Below are positions 45,814 through 56,682 of a stretch of DNA of 64,000 nt, in pieces. Both the position numbers and the translations under genes were made by a program. Numbering within the stretch: the stretch's first letter is position 1; every line of letters starts with the position of its first letter. Source of the stretch: Candidatus Aminicenantes bacterium (GTDB lineage: Bacteria > Acidobacteriota > Aminicenantia > Aminicenantales > Saccharicenantaceae); NCBI GenBank assembly GCA_014360015.1, contig JACIYJ010000006.1, positions 60,447 to 124,446 on the forward strand, given 5' to 3'. The notes below the pieces were generated by a model. That model ran no database searches. It was not told the origin of the DNA and saw nothing but the letters and a program-made list of their open reading frames with translations.

Positions 45814-47976
45814 TTAACGTTTTTTAACTGAATTTATTTTCTGCTTAAGCTCTGGCTGCTCTGGATTGATTTCTAAGGATTTCTGCCAGACAGCCAGAGC
45901 TTCTTCTTTTTTACCGAGCCCCAGGTAGCAATCTCCGATCAGGTTTAATAGGTTGATGTTTGTCCCATAATGATTGACCGCCCGGTCCAAGACATTTATT
46001 GCCTGTTCAAACTGGCCGATATGGAAGAGAGCCTCGCCAACAGTATAATAAGTTTCATAACGAGCTGGTTTTTCCTGGTTGACGAAATTTCCAAGAAGAG
46101 TGGCGGCCTTTTCATATTCACTGAGACCCACATAAACCTGAGCCAGAGCCATGGCCAGTTCTTCGCTCTGCGGTGACTTGGCCCAGGCATTTTCCAGCAC
46201 TGTCCTGGCTTCGCTCAGGCGTCCGAGATTATAAAGCTGCGTGCCTAAGATGTGACCGTAGTAAGGGTTATCGACTGAAGGCAGTACTCTGGACAGCACC
46301 CACGGCCGGGGCAGGGATTCCAGATAGGTCAGGTCAAACTCTTCCTTAGTAGTGATTTCTTCCCGGCCATCAACCATCAGGGAAACATTCAGGAAATAAT
46401 GAGCCGGTTGAAAATCCGAGAGCGAGAAAACCTGAACTACATCGGGTAAAGTCGCTATTTCTGAAAGTGGAATGATCTGTTCTTTGAACACCTGAGATTC
46501 CTTCAGGAACTGAAATTTCAAGCTGGCTTTCGACTTCAAAACCGGAGTCAATCCATGAATTTGTAAGACAACAGCCAGCTCGTCTTTGGCTGTAAATACT
46601 CTTCCGGCCTGAAGGTAGAGCTGGTAGCCACCAATTAGAAAAGCCTTGACTTTTCCTCCAGTGGATTCTACTGGCGAAACTTTATAAGCCAGGACCGGAC
46701 TGGACATTTCCACGCCGGGTTTTCCGGGAATCCGAATGGTCTGTTCTAAGCTGGTAAATTCCTTGGAAGCTTCATTCTTAACCAGAATGGACAGCTTGTA
46801 ATCGCCCGGGACACAGGGAAAAACGTCATAGATGGCTACCGGGAGGTTCTGCCGTTCTTTCATCTGAGCTTCGTTCATTTGTATTGGGTAAGTCTTTTCG
46901 AACTGATAGACTATTTTCCCATCAAGAGTGCTGAGTGTCCCATTGACTTTAAGGTTAGTGGCATAGCGATTGTCATACTGATTAACCGAAAGCTTCTTTG
47001 GTTCAAGGTCATAGTGAATCATATAAAAGCCTGATGGGTCCTTAAAAACTTTAACCAGATAATCGCTGTCAATGTAATTGGCTGTGTAATCAACCTCAAC
47101 AATATCTTTGTATTCAAAAAACTTGCGGGCGTATTTATCTTCAACCAGCCTCTGCGGAGTTTGGTCTATCTGACGCAGGAGTAAATCAGACGAGAGCGTT
47201 GGTCGACCAAGGCTGGGATTTTCCTCTCCAGGAATAAGCGACAGAGAAACGTTGGCCAGGATAGGCTCAATTTCTCGGAGCTGGTTGTAAGCTGACATAT
47301 AATCGGCACTATCGCCCCAGTAGCCGGTTAGCAAAGCCTGAGGTCCATCGTTGGTCGGGCTGTAAAGTCGCATCTCACCCGTGCCTTTTTCCTGGAAAAA
47401 AAGAAGGTTAAAGCCCGGGGGCAAGCCCAGGTCAGTCTTGCCTTGATAGAACCAGATTTCACAGTTGTAGATTTCTGATTTTCCCTCTATCCGTTGAATA
47501 TCATTGGGTGGACCTAAGATGATATAGATCCGACCGCGATCCGTTTTCCAGCCAGGCTTGGTCGCTTCCCGACCAAAATATTTATTAGCGTATTCAATCC
47601 TTCTGTAATGCTCGATCTTGAATTCGTTTTCTTCTGTCTCGGGAATCGGGTCGCGGTGTTTCCAAAAGGCTTCGATGAATAATTCTCTTTCCCGGTCGTT
47701 CTTTAATTTAAGAAAAATCTCCTTTTCTACCGGGGTAATGATATAAACCACTTCTTCTTCCAGCCATTTGCGATATTTCTCAGGAAGAGGGGGCTGCTTT
47801 TCTTTAGTTTTTTCATGCTTCTTTTCCTGCGCCGTTACCTGCTTTTTCTGAAGGGAAGAACTGACATCCGGCAAATTAGCCAGACCGAAATTAGATAGCC
47901 ATAAACTAATCAGCAAAATTGAAGTCAATATATTCAGAGCTCTCATCCATTTTAATTTTTTAAAACAAAAAAACAT
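45814..47976 (-). CDS. GWxTD domain protein with C-terminal TPRs
   Basis: WLEEEVVYII, GWKTDRGRIYIILGPP, TPR repeats. Confidence 0.9.
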   Translation of the reverse strand: MFFCFKKLKWMRALNILTSILLISLWLSNFGLANLPDVSSSLQKKQVTAQEKKHEKTKEKQPPLPEKYRKWLEEEVVYIITPVEKEIFLKLKNDRERELFIEAFWKHRDPIPETEENEFKIEHYRRIEYANKYFGREATKPGWKTDRGRIYIILGPPNDIQRIEGKSEIYNCEIWFYQGKTDLGLPPGFNLLFFQEKGTGEMRLYSPTNDGPQALLTGYWGDSADYMSAYNQLREIEPILANVSLSLIPGEENPSLGRPTLSSDLLLRQIDQTPQRLVEDKYARKFFEYKDIVEVDYTANYIDSDYLVKVFKDPSGFYMIHYDLEPKKLSVNQYDNRYATNLKVNGTLSTLDGKIVYQFEKTYPIQMNEAQMKERQNLPVAIYDVFPCVPGDYKLSILVKNEASKEFTSLEQTIRIPGKPGVEMSSPVLAYKVSPVESTGGKVKAFLIGGYQLYLQAGRVFTAKDELAVVLQIHGLTPVLKSKASLKFQFLKESQVFKEQIIPLSEIATLPDVVQVFSLSDFQPAHYFLNVSLMVDGREEITTKEEFDLTYLESLPRPWVLSRVLPSVDNPYYGHILGTQLYNLGRLSEARTVLENAWAKSPQSEELAMALAQVYVGLSEYEKAATLLGNFVNQEKPARYETYYTVGEALFHIGQFEQAINVLDRAVNHYGTNINLLNLIGDCYLGLGKKEEALAVWQKSLEINPEQPELKQKINSVKKR

Positions 47977-48261
47977 AGAACCTCTCCTCTAATTTTCTTC
48001 AAAAATATAGCCAGAAAATCCTTCCAATGGGCTTGTCGGTTTTTTATTATACCATTTTATTATTATATAGAAGCCAGTTTTTCCTCTCCTTAATTTAGAA
48101 TTTGCTTTCATTTTTTTAACCAAGAAAAACTCAGATATATGCCCTGCTCTCTTTAATTCTATTCTTCTTCTCTTTTCCTTTCTTTTTAAACTTAGAAGCT
48201 TAAAAAAATGTTGCATTTATTTAACTTTCAGATATAAATTATACTAAATATCTAAAGGAGA

Positions 48262-49566
48262 GTGGATAAAATGAAAAAGGAACTTACTCGAAAAAGAGCC
48301 TGCCAATACAAATATTTATTGATAATAATTCTTTCGGTGTATTTCCTGGCTTCGACCTTCTATGGAACGCTTCTGGCGCAACAGAAAAGATATCTGGCAG
48401 TAGTAAATGCCAATTTGATTGACGGAACTGGCCGCCCCCCAATTAATAACGCTGTCATTCTTATTGAAAATGATAGATTCGCGGCCGTTGGAGTCAAGGG
48501 CTCTGTAGCTATTCCGAAAGAGGCAACCATAATTGATGTTCGGGGAAAAACGGTTATCCCTGGCCTGATTGATGCCCACATCCATGTCACCTATCCACCT
48601 AAACAGGATGAATTTTTGTTTATCAACGAGGCAATTTCTGCTTTTCGGGCTGCCCGAATGCTCCATCTGATGCTGGGTATAGGGGTTACCACAATCCGCG
48701 ATGTTTCTTCTTATCATCAGGTTGGTATTGAAGCCAAAAAAGCCTTTAAGGAAGGCTTGTTTGTCGGCGCCAGGCCCATTGTCACTGGCATGGGTATAAC
48801 CAGCAGCGGAGGTCACGGAACTGAAGGCTTGACCATGGGAATTGTTGAAGAAGTTGATGGAGCTGATGGCTTCCGCCGAGCAGTCAGGCAACGGCTTAAA
48901 GAAGGAGCTGACCTGATAAAGATCCTTCCACCTTATTCCCGCGAAGAAGTAAGGGCAGCTATTGAAGAAACTCACTATCATGAAAAATTTGTTACCGTCC
49001 ATTCAGGAGTTTTCAAACAGCAATATGATTTTGTTCGCTGGGCGGTAGAGGAGGGAACTGATTGTCTCGAACACGCTTATGCTATCCCTGACGACCTGAT
49101 TCCGCAGATTGCTGCTAAAAAAATTTATGTTGTCCCAACCATATCCATTCTCCTCAGGCTGGGAGAGCAGTACAAGCAGCGAGGTCCGGAATGGGAATGG
49201 AAGGTGAAAAAATACTTAGAGTGCGTAGATATTTTCAAAAAACTGAAAGCGGCTGGAGTTAAGATGGCTATCGGTACCGACGCCGTTGGAGAAAACATGG
49301 TAGCTTATCCTGAAATCTACTTTGAAGAAATTGAGAATTTTGTAAAGTATGGCTACACTCCTCTTGAAGTGATTACAGCGGCCACCAAAATCGGGGCGGA
49401 AGTTTGTGCTCTTGGTGAGGAGCTGGGGACGATTGAGAAAGGGAAAATTGCTGATCTGGTGGTCTTAGCGGCAGATCCCCTTAAAGACATAAAAGCTATC
49501 AGAACAGCTCAAATAATTATTCAGAATGGAGTGGTGCTCAAGTCGCCTGAGCGACCAGGTTTTTGA
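48262..49566 (+). CDS. Metal-dependent amidohydrolase (prolidase-like subgroup)
   Basis: PGLIDAHIH, IGTDA, GTIEKGKIADLV. Confidence 0.85.
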   Translation: MDKMKKELTRKRACQYKYLLIIILSVYFLASTFYGTLLAQQKRYLAVVNANLIDGTGRPPINNAVILIENDRFAAVGVKGSVAIPKEATIIDVRGKTVIPGLIDAHIHVTYPPKQDEFLFINEAISAFRAARMLHLMLGIGVTTIRDVSSYHQVGIEAKKAFKEGLFVGARPIVTGMGITSSGGHGTEGLTMGIVEEVDGADGFRRAVRQRLKEGADLIKILPPYSREEVRAAIEETHYHEKFVTVHSGVFKQQYDFVRWAVEEGTDCLEHAYAIPDDLIPQIAAKKIYVVPTISILLRLGEQYKQRGPEWEWKVKKYLECVDIFKKLKAAGVKMAIGTDAVGENMVAYPEIYFEEIENFVKYGYTPLEVITAATKIGAEVCALGEELGTIEKGKIADLVVLAADPLKDIKAIRTAQIIIQNGVVLKSPERPGF

Positions 49567-50479
49567 GGGCTTCAATATTTTCCTGAGTAACCTTTTTTCC
49601 TAAGCGAACCACCCGGCTTACCTTGGTGAAGTCAAACGTATCTACCTTAGGGTTAATATTGATTATTAAATCAGCTTCGTTAATCTTGCCGTCAGTGGAG
49701 TCAGCCAGAACTACCTGAATCAACCGGTGAACCATGATAAAAGTTGAATCGAAGCTTCGGGCTGGCATTTTTTTCAGCGGGCGATGGACATCTGGAACAA
49801 AAACCTTAGAAGCCCCAAGTTCACGGGCTAATCTTATGGGAACGTTGTTGAGTAATCCGCCATCAACCAGGAGCATTCCGGAAAAGCAAGCCGGCTCAAT
49901 AACAAAGGGGAAAGCCATACTGGCCCGAAGTGCTCGATATAGTTTTCCTGAAGTAAAACTTACTTCCCGGCCACTGACTAGGTCCACGGCATTGCAACCG
50001 AAACGAACGGGCAGGTCTTCTATCAGCACCTCACCCACCAGTTCCCGCAGAGATTTTTCCAGGGCATCGCCCTTTTCCAGGCCCATTCTTCGAAGCAATC
50101 TTTTCTGATAGGACTCGAGCAGAAGATAATCGACCAGCTTGTCCGGAATCGGGAGTTTGACCTGCCTGAGTTTGGCCAGACGGCTGTAGCTCAGTTCCTT
50201 GCTTATTTCCTCAATCTCCCGCGGCAGATATCCGGCAGCAAAAAGCCCCCCGACTATGGCCCCCATAGAAGTTCCCGTGATGATCGGGGGAATCAGGTCA
50301 TTCTCGAGCAGAGCTTCAAGGACGCCGATGTGAGCCAACCCTCTGGCCCCGCCACCCATCAGCACTAAGGCCCATTTATTATCAGCCCCATTGCTCCGGC
50401 TATCATTTTTCTCTGTTTTTTTCAGGAGTTTGTTCGGTTTAGTCGATTCAGCCTGTTTCATCTTGATTTTTCCCCTCAT
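49538..50479 (-). CDS. Patatin-like phospholipase
   Basis: GGGARG, GTSMG, DGG. Confidence 0.9.
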   Translation of the reverse strand: MRGKIKMKQAESTKPNKLLKKTEKNDSRSNGADNKWALVLMGGGARGLAHIGVLEALLENDLIPPIITGTSMGAIVGGLFAAGYLPREIEEISKELSYSRLAKLRQVKLPIPDKLVDYLLLESYQKRLLRRMGLEKGDALEKSLRELVGEVLIEDLPVRFGCNAVDLVSGREVSFTSGKLYRALRASMAFPFVIEPACFSGMLLVDGGLLNNVPIRLARELGASKVFVPDVHRPLKKMPARSFDSTFIMVHRLIQVVLADSTDGKINEADLIININPKVDTFDFTKVSRVVRLGKKVTQENIEALKNLVAQAT

Positions 50480-51239
50480 TTCCTAGATGCTCATACCGCA
50501 TCCAGCGGGACCGCAATCTGGCCACTTCTTTACCCGTCTTCAAGTTATAAATCTGTTGGACCCAGAAGCCATCGGGAATAACTGGCTTTTGAGTGATGAC
50601 TTCAATTTCATCACCGTAAAAGGCTTCTGACCGATAGTTGATTTCTAAGGTCATCGGACGACCAGAAAAAAGCATTTCCTGAGGCATACCTTCCACTGCC
50701 CAGCGGGAATAGACCACGTTGTTGACGTGACGGTTAAAATCCAGGTCTTCAAAAAGAACTCGAAAGTCAGCTTTATAGTCAAGAGTTTCAACAATCGGCA
50801 GTGGAGGGAAATCGTCTTCAAGGGCTCGTTGGTGGAGCACCAGCTCGTCTGGAAACAGGTTTTCCACCTTAACCGGCCGCCGGGTGTTCAAATCAATGAT
50901 CATCCAAGAACTGGTAGCAGATAAGATTTTATTCTGTTTTTCATCATAGGCTTCAAAATCGCGCAGGGCATAATAACCGTTTTTTCCCGAAGCCCAGGTT
51001 TTAACCAGAATATTTTCTCCGAGAACAGGATAACGGTTGATCTTGAGATGATAGCGAGAAACCACCCAGGTCACCCCCTTCTCAAAAAGCTCAAAGACCG
51101 AAAATTTCTCTCGGATGGAATGCCCCCGGGCTGCATCCTGAAGATAATTCATCAGGGCTGAAAGATGGGCCCTTCCCTTATAGTCAACATCAAAACTCAG
51201 AATCTGGAAGTTCGCTGTGAAATAAAGTTCCGTGGTCAT
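50448..51239 (-). CDS. Acyl-ACP thioesterase
   Basis: DLDFNRHVNNVVY; hot-dog fold pattern. Confidence 0.88.
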   Translation of the reverse strand: MTTELYFTANFQILSFDVDYKGRAHLSALMNYLQDAARGHSIREKFSVFELFEKGVTWVVSRYHLKINRYPVLGENILVKTWASGKNGYYALRDFEAYDEKQNKILSATSSWMIIDLNTRRPVKVENLFPDELVLHQRALEDDFPPLPIVETLDYKADFRVLFEDLDFNRHVNNVVYSRWAVEGMPQEMLFSGRPMTLEINYRSEAFYGDEIEVITQKPVIPDGFWVQQIYNLKTGKEVARLRSRWMRYEHLGNEGKNQDETG

Positions 51240-51361
51240 CTCCGCACCTCAAATGATATTGTCACTCTGATTTTAGAATTTTATAATGAATTTTATAATA
51301 AAATCTTTAGATTAGCTATTCTTTAGCCTTTTCGACTTCTCGGCCTATAGGTCAATTTTTT

Positions 51362-51796
51362 CTATCTGCTGCCTGCTAATTTAACCATTATCTCCAGAGC
51401 AAACAGATAAACCTTCCAACCAAACCCTGATAGAACCCCCTGACAGACAGGTGCTGTAACTGAGTGGCTTCTAAAATCTTCTCTGGAAAAAATATTCGAT
51501 AGATGAACTTCTATTACCGGTATTTTCAAAGGTTCTATGGCATCTCTTAAAGAATAAGAATAATGAGCCAGGGCTCCTGGATTGATAATAACGCCATCAA
51601 ACTCATCTACCTTCTGAAGCCTGTCGATGATTTCACCTTCATGATTGCTCTGAAAAAACTCAACTTCTACCCCCATCTCTTCAGCTCGTTCCCTCAGTTC
51701 GCTATTGATTTCTTCCAGAGTCTTTTGCCCGTAAATACTGACATTTCTTTTTCCAAGAAAATTTAAATTTGGTCCATTAATTACCAATATTTTCAA
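51362..51796 (-). CDS. aroQ: Type II 3-dehydroquinate dehydratase
   Basis: NGPNLN, QSNHEG, EVHLSN. Confidence 0.95.
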   Translation of the reverse strand: MKILVINGPNLNFLGKRNVSIYGQKTLEEINSELRERAEEMGVEVEFFQSNHEGEIIDRLQKVDEFDGVIINPGALAHYSYSLRDAIEPLKIPVIEVHLSNIFSREDFRSHSVTAPVCQGVLSGFGWKVYLFALEIMVKLAGSR

Positions 51797-53351
51797 TTAT
51801 GACCTCCTCCATGGCCTCTACCATGAGTTCCTCAGGAATATTTCTTTTAAAAATCACCCCCTCAGCTTCACTCAGTATAACAAAATCAAGGCCTTTTTCT
51901 GTAGCTTTTTTATCCATTCTCATATAATTAATCAGATTTTTCTTATCACCTTCAATCTGCGTTCTCAATCCCAGGTTCTCTAATAAAGCTCTCACCCGCA
52001 CTCCCAATTCCGGAGAACATAAGCCCAGCCTCTCGGAAATTTTCAGTGAATAGATTAAACCGATTCCGACGGCTTCCCCATGAGAAATTTTGTAGCGATG
52101 AAATGATTCCAGAGCATGGGCCAAAGTGTGCCCGAGATTTAACTTTTTCCTCAAGCCTATCTCGTATGGATCTTCTTCAACTATTTTCTTTTTTACCTGA
52201 ATAGCTCTGTAAATTACTTCTTCGATTGTTTCGAGATCAAGTCTTCTGATCAGCTCTGTTCTCTCTTCAATTAAATCTAAAAGTTGCCAATCACCTATAA
52301 GTCCTGCTTTAATCGCTTCAACCAGACCGGAAGCCAGCTCCTTTTTATCCAGCGAATGGAGTAAAAATGGATCTATAAAAACTTTATCAGCCGGGTAGAA
52401 GGTCCCGATAACATTCTTTACCGAGCGAAAATTAAGCCCATTTTTTCCGCCCAGGCTTGAATCGACCATGGCTAAGAGTGTAGAAGGAATATGATAATGC
52501 TTTATACCTCTTAAGATAGTTGAAGAAATAAATCCACACAGGTCACCTATCACCCCACCGCCAACTGAAACCAGAATAGAATCTCTTTTTACCTTATGGT
52601 CAATCAACCATCCCCAGATCTTTTCTGCCTGGCCCAGACTTTTACTTCTATCTTTTCCAGAGACAAGATAATAGAGCGGAAATATCTTCTCAAGATATTT
52701 TTTGTTTACTTGAAAAACCTTTTTATCACAGACTAAGAAAATCTTTCGCTCTGAATCCAGACAAATGATCTTTTCAGGGGAAGATAACAGGAATCTTTTA
52801 AAGATTACCAAAGATTTTCTTTCGCCGACTTTGACTTCAAATTGTCTTGTTTCCGCTTTTAAGATCTCAATTACTTTTTGAGTGACTTCAACCTCGTTCA
52901 AGTTATCAATTTTAATTTTATTCGGCAATTGTTCATAAAGAGGTTCTCTTTTTCTATAAAGTTCGATAAACTTCTCTTTGTCCGAATGATTAACTAACGG
53001 TCTAAAAAAATTATTTTTAACTCGTTCCCAGAGAAGTTCAGGATCTCCCTTCAGGGTAATTATTATCCCTTTTTTTGATAATAAATCTAAATTTTTTTTA
53101 ATAAGTAAGGTTTTCCCTCCGGTAGAAATAACACAGTTTTCAGCACATTCTTCGAGCTTTTTAATAACCTCTGTTTCTAATTGTCTGAAATAATGTTCGC
53201 CATATTTATCAAATATCTCTGAAACGGACAACCCCTGGCTTTTTTCAATCAACTCGTCAGTATCAAGGTGAATCATTGAAAGTTTCTCTGCCAGCAATTG
53301 GCCGATGGTAGTTTTTCCTGTTCCCATAAATCCGGTTAGAATGATGTTCAT
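51777..53351 (-). CDS. aroKB: Shikimate kinase / 3-dehydroquinate synthase fusion
   Basis: GFMGTGKTT; GGGVIGDL, VDSSLGGKNG, LNLGHTLAHALE. Confidence 0.93.
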   Translation of the reverse strand: MNIILTGFMGTGKTTIGQLLAEKLSMIHLDTDELIEKSQGLSVSEIFDKYGEHYFRQLETEVIKKLEECAENCVISTGGKTLLIKKNLDLLSKKGIIITLKGDPELLWERVKNNFFRPLVNHSDKEKFIELYRKREPLYEQLPNKIKIDNLNEVEVTQKVIEILKAETRQFEVKVGERKSLVIFKRFLLSSPEKIICLDSERKIFLVCDKKVFQVNKKYLEKIFPLYYLVSGKDRSKSLGQAEKIWGWLIDHKVKRDSILVSVGGGVIGDLCGFISSTILRGIKHYHIPSTLLAMVDSSLGGKNGLNFRSVKNVIGTFYPADKVFIDPFLLHSLDKKELASGLVEAIKAGLIGDWQLLDLIEERTELIRRLDLETIEEVIYRAIQVKKKIVEEDPYEIGLRKKLNLGHTLAHALESFHRYKISHGEAVGIGLIYSLKISERLGLCSPELGVRVRALLENLGLRTQIEGDKKNLINYMRMDKKATEKGLDFVILSEAEGVIFKRNIPEELMVEAMEEVIIENIGN

Positions 53352-54463
53352 TCTTTTATACTCCAGCTTACTGAAGCTGTTTTTTCAAGATAAGCCCTCC
53401 AGCTTCTTTTTACTTCTTCCAGAGAGTCTCCGCCAAATTTTTCTAAAAAAAGATTAGCTATCTCCAGGGCCAACACATTTTCAGCCACAATTCCGGCAGC
53501 CGGCACAATACAGGTGTCCCCTCTTAAAATCGGCGCTGAGGAAGGCTCATTATTTCTGAGGTCAACAGATTCAATTTTCTGGCGTAATGATGGGGCGGGT
53601 TTAATTGTAAGTCTGATGACAATGTCCTGCCCATTAGAAATTCCTCCTTCTAAGCCTCCAGCGTAGTTGCTCCCTCTTATGATTTTGCCATTCCTGACAA
53701 TTATTGGATCATTATTGAGAGAGCCCAGGTATTGGGGGTTGCCGATCTCGAGACCTTTAACTCCCGGAATGGAGAGCAAAGCACCACCTATTCTAAATTC
53801 CATCCTACGGTCATAATGAACATGGGAACCGAGACCTGCCGGCAGGCCCTTAACCACAACTTCAGTTTCTCCGCCTATAGTATCACCCGCCGTCATGGCC
53901 TCTCTTATTTTTTCTATCATCAATTTTTCTGTTTCACTTTCTACACAATAAATCGAGGAAAAGAATCTATTCTCTTTTATGTATTCGAATGAATATTGCT
54001 TCTTATTTCTTATCTCACCAATTCTAACGGTATGAGACACAATATCTACCCTGAAATTAGAAAGAAAGAATTTGGCTATTACTCCAAGAGCTACTCTGAT
54101 ACTGGTTTCTCTGGCGCTGGCCCTTTCGGCAATCAGGTGAATGTTCTGAAAGCCATACTTCAGACATCCGGCCAAATCTGCATGCCCAGGCCTTGGCGAA
54201 TAATCTTCCAGCTCTTTTACATCTTTATTCTTAATTCTTATAGCTATTGGCGCTCCTGTGGTCAGTTGGTTTCTCAAGCCGCTCAGTATTTCAAAGTCTT
54301 CATCCTCTATCTGCATTCTTTCGCTTCTTCCAAAGTGATCTCTCCGATGTCTTAATTCCTCGGCGATTTTCTTTTTGTCTATCCTGACACCAGCAACCAT
54401 TCCTTCCAGTATCCCAACTAAGGAATCCCCATGTGATTCCCCGGCCGTAAGATATCTAAGCAT
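53348..54463 (-). CDS. aroC: Chorismate synthase
   Basis: TAGESHG, PRPGHADL, ERASARET, GGLEGGISNG. Confidence 0.95.
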   Translation of the reverse strand: MLRYLTAGESHGDSLVGILEGMVAGVRIDKKKIAEELRHRRDHFGRSERMQIEDEDFEILSGLRNQLTTGAPIAIRIKNKDVKELEDYSPRPGHADLAGCLKYGFQNIHLIAERASARETSIRVALGVIAKFFLSNFRVDIVSHTVRIGEIRNKKQYSFEYIKENRFFSSIYCVESETEKLMIEKIREAMTAGDTIGGETEVVVKGLPAGLGSHVHYDRRMEFRIGGALLSIPGVKGLEIGNPQYLGSLNNDPIIVRNGKIIRGSNYAGGLEGGISNGQDIVIRLTIKPAPSLRQKIESVDLRNNEPSSAPILRGDTCIVPAAGIVAENVLALEIANLFLEKFGGDSLEEVKRSWRAYLEKTASVSWSIKE

Positions 54464-54545
54464 CGAATCTCTCCTTATAATTTTGATGTTTAATCCCGTT
54501 AATCGATAGATGGTTATTTTCTACACGTTTTTTTCTCCCAGTTCC

Positions 54546-55382
54546 CTAAGATTTGTCCGTCAATTTATAAATAGAATTGTAGATTTTTTGCCAATCTTTA
54601 AATTCTGTCTTCAAACCAGTCCAGATCTCCAGAGATTTTATTGCCTGAAAGATAAGCATCTGAGAGCCATTTTTAATCTCAGCTCCGAGAGTCTGACCGA
54701 TTTTCAGAAAAGGCGTCAACTCTGGCTTATAGATGAGATCCACAAAAACCTTATTTTTAAGAGAATAAGTCGGTCTCAAAGGGAAAAAATTAGAAACACC
54801 TTCCATCCCGAGGGGAGTAGTATTAACAACAAAATCTACTCCTCTCAGTATCTCCAAAATATAATCTTCTTTCCATTCTTTTATTTCTAAGTTCTGGATG
54901 TATCCAAAATCTTTCTGTAATTTTTCTCTTTTCTTAGCTGATCTTTCCACCAGAAATACCTTCTGGTAATTCAACTGCGAAATTGAATACAGAACAGCGC
55001 GAGCTGCTCCTCCTCCGCCAAAGATCAACACGTTTTTTATTCTATCCTTAAACTCCTTTATCGATTCAGAAAATCCATAATAATCCGTGTTATAACCACA
55101 TAACTTACCGTTGGCTTTATATATGGTGTTTACTGCCTTGATCCTGCTGGCTGGTAGCTCAAGCCAATCCAGAAAATCACAAACCCTTTCTTTGAAAGGA
55201 ATGGTTACGTTGATTCCGGCTATATCTGATTGTCTCAGCGAATTAATAAATACTTCTAAATCTTCCGCTGGCAATTCAAATGGATCATAGACAAAGTTCA
55301 GGTTCATCATCTTGAATATTTCATTAAATAACCTGGGCGAAATTGAATGTTTCAGAGGATTACCAATTATTCCGAATCTCAT
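54546..55382 (-). CDS. aroE: Shikimate dehydrogenase
   Basis: HSISP, NVTIPFK, NTDYYG, GGGGAARA. Confidence 0.93.
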   Translation of the reverse strand: MRFGIIGNPLKHSISPRLFNEIFKMMNLNFVYDPFELPAEDLEVFINSLRQSDIAGINVTIPFKERVCDFLDWLELPASRIKAVNTIYKANGKLCGYNTDYYGFSESIKEFKDRIKNVLIFGGGGAARAVLYSISQLNYQKVFLVERSAKKREKLQKDFGYIQNLEIKEWKEDYILEILRGVDFVVNTTPLGMEGVSNFFPLRPTYSLKNKVFVDLIYKPELTPFLKIGQTLGAEIKNGSQMLIFQAIKSLEIWTGLKTEFKDWQKIYNSIYKLTDKS

Positions 55383-55404
55383 CTCAATTCCTTTTCGCTC
55401 ATTA

Positions 55405-56682
55405 TTAATCGTGGCAGAGAGTTGAAAGATCTCTTATGAATTCCGGGTAAGAAATCTGGACACTGTCAAACCCTTCTATCCAGGTTTCACCTCGGGTAAT
55501 AAGCGAGGCTACCGCGAAAGTCATAGCTATCCTGTGGTCCCCAAAACTGCTTACCTGATTACCTCTCAGAAGTGTCGGCCCCTCAATGATTATTCCATCT
55601 CGGAGCTCCTCTATCTTAGCTCCCATCTTTTTTAAGTTTTCACACATGGCCTTGATTCGATCGCTTTCTTTGTGCCTCAATTCACTGGCTCCGGTTATTC
55701 TGGTAACTCCTTCGGCCTGAGTTGCCAACAAAGCTATGAGAGGAATTTCATCAATCAGAGACGGAATCTCTTCCTTAGTCACCTCTGTGGCTTTTAAAGA
55801 ACTCGATTTTATCTCCAGATCGGCCACTTCTTCCTTGGCCTGCTCTTTCATCTTTAACACAGAAATCTTAGCTCCCATTCTTTGGAGAACTCTTATAAAT
55901 CCGGTTCTGGTCGGATTGTAACCAACTTCCCGCACCACTATGTGCGATCCAGGCACCAAAACTGCGGCCCCTATCAAAAAAGCAGCTGAGGAAATATCTC
56001 CTGGAACCGTAATTTCACCACCTTCAATTTGAGAACTTCCATCCACCGTGATTATATTACCCTGAACTTCCAGATTTACCCCAAACCACTCAAGCATTCT
56101 TTCTAAATGATCCCTGGACTTTATTTTTTCCTTGATGGTAGTTTTCCCTTCGGCCAACAGGGCGGCCAGGATGACAGCCGATTTCACCTGGGCGCTGGGA
56201 ACGGTGAGCTCAAATTCATGGCCATGGAGTTCGTTCCCTTTTATGGAAATTGGCAAAAGAGAATCATTTTCCCGGCCAAAAATGATTGCTCCCATCCTTC
56301 TCAAGGGCTCCACAACTCTTTTCATTGGCCTTCGCTTCAGTGAATCATCCCCGTCAATTACCGAAAAGAATTTTTGCCCGCTCAGAATTCCAGAAAGCAA
56401 CCTGGCTGTAGTCCCTGAATTTCCACAATAGAGAATATCTCTGGGTTCTTTTAGCTGACCGGGTTTTATAATTATCTCCTTAGGATTCATTGTTAGGCTT
56501 TTTCCAAGCTTTCGGAGACAATCTACAGTTGAGAGAGTATCACCCGAGATAAGGGGATTTTTTATCCTTACTCCCTTCCTCGATATCGCTCCAACCATCA
56601 AGGCTCGGTGGGTAATTGACTTATCAGGAGGTGGAATTATTTCCCCGGTCAGCTTCTGACCTTTAGAAAACGGCATTTTCAT
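55405..56682 (-). CDS. aroA: EPSP synthase
   Basis: DKSITHRA, GNSGTT, SAQVKSA, KESDRI, DHRIAM. Confidence 0.95.
   Translation of the reverse strand: MKMPFSKGQKLTGEIIPPPDKSITHRALMVGAISRKGVRIKNPLISGDTLSTVDCLRKLGKSLTMNPKEIIIKPGQLKEPRDILYCGNSGTTARLLSGILSGQKFFSVIDGDDSLKRRPMKRVVEPLRRMGAIIFGRENDSLLPISIKGNELHGHEFELTVPSAQVKSAVILAALLAEGKTTIKEKIKSRDHLERMLEWFGVNLEVQGNIITVDGSSQIEGGEITVPGDISSAAFLIGAAVLVPGSHIVVREVGYNPTRTGFIRVLQRMGAKISVLKMKEQAKEEVADLEIKSSSLKATEVTKEEIPSLIDEIPLIALLATQAEGVTRITGASELRHKESDRIKAMCENLKKMGAKIEELRDGIIIEGPTLLRGNQVSSFGDHRIAMTFAVASLITRGETWIEGFDSVQISYPEFIRDLSTLCHD

Noticed and set aside
48316-49002. Long antisense ORFs (also 40955-41686 and many shorter ones)
   Set aside because: Shadow frames of well-supported genes on the opposite strand.
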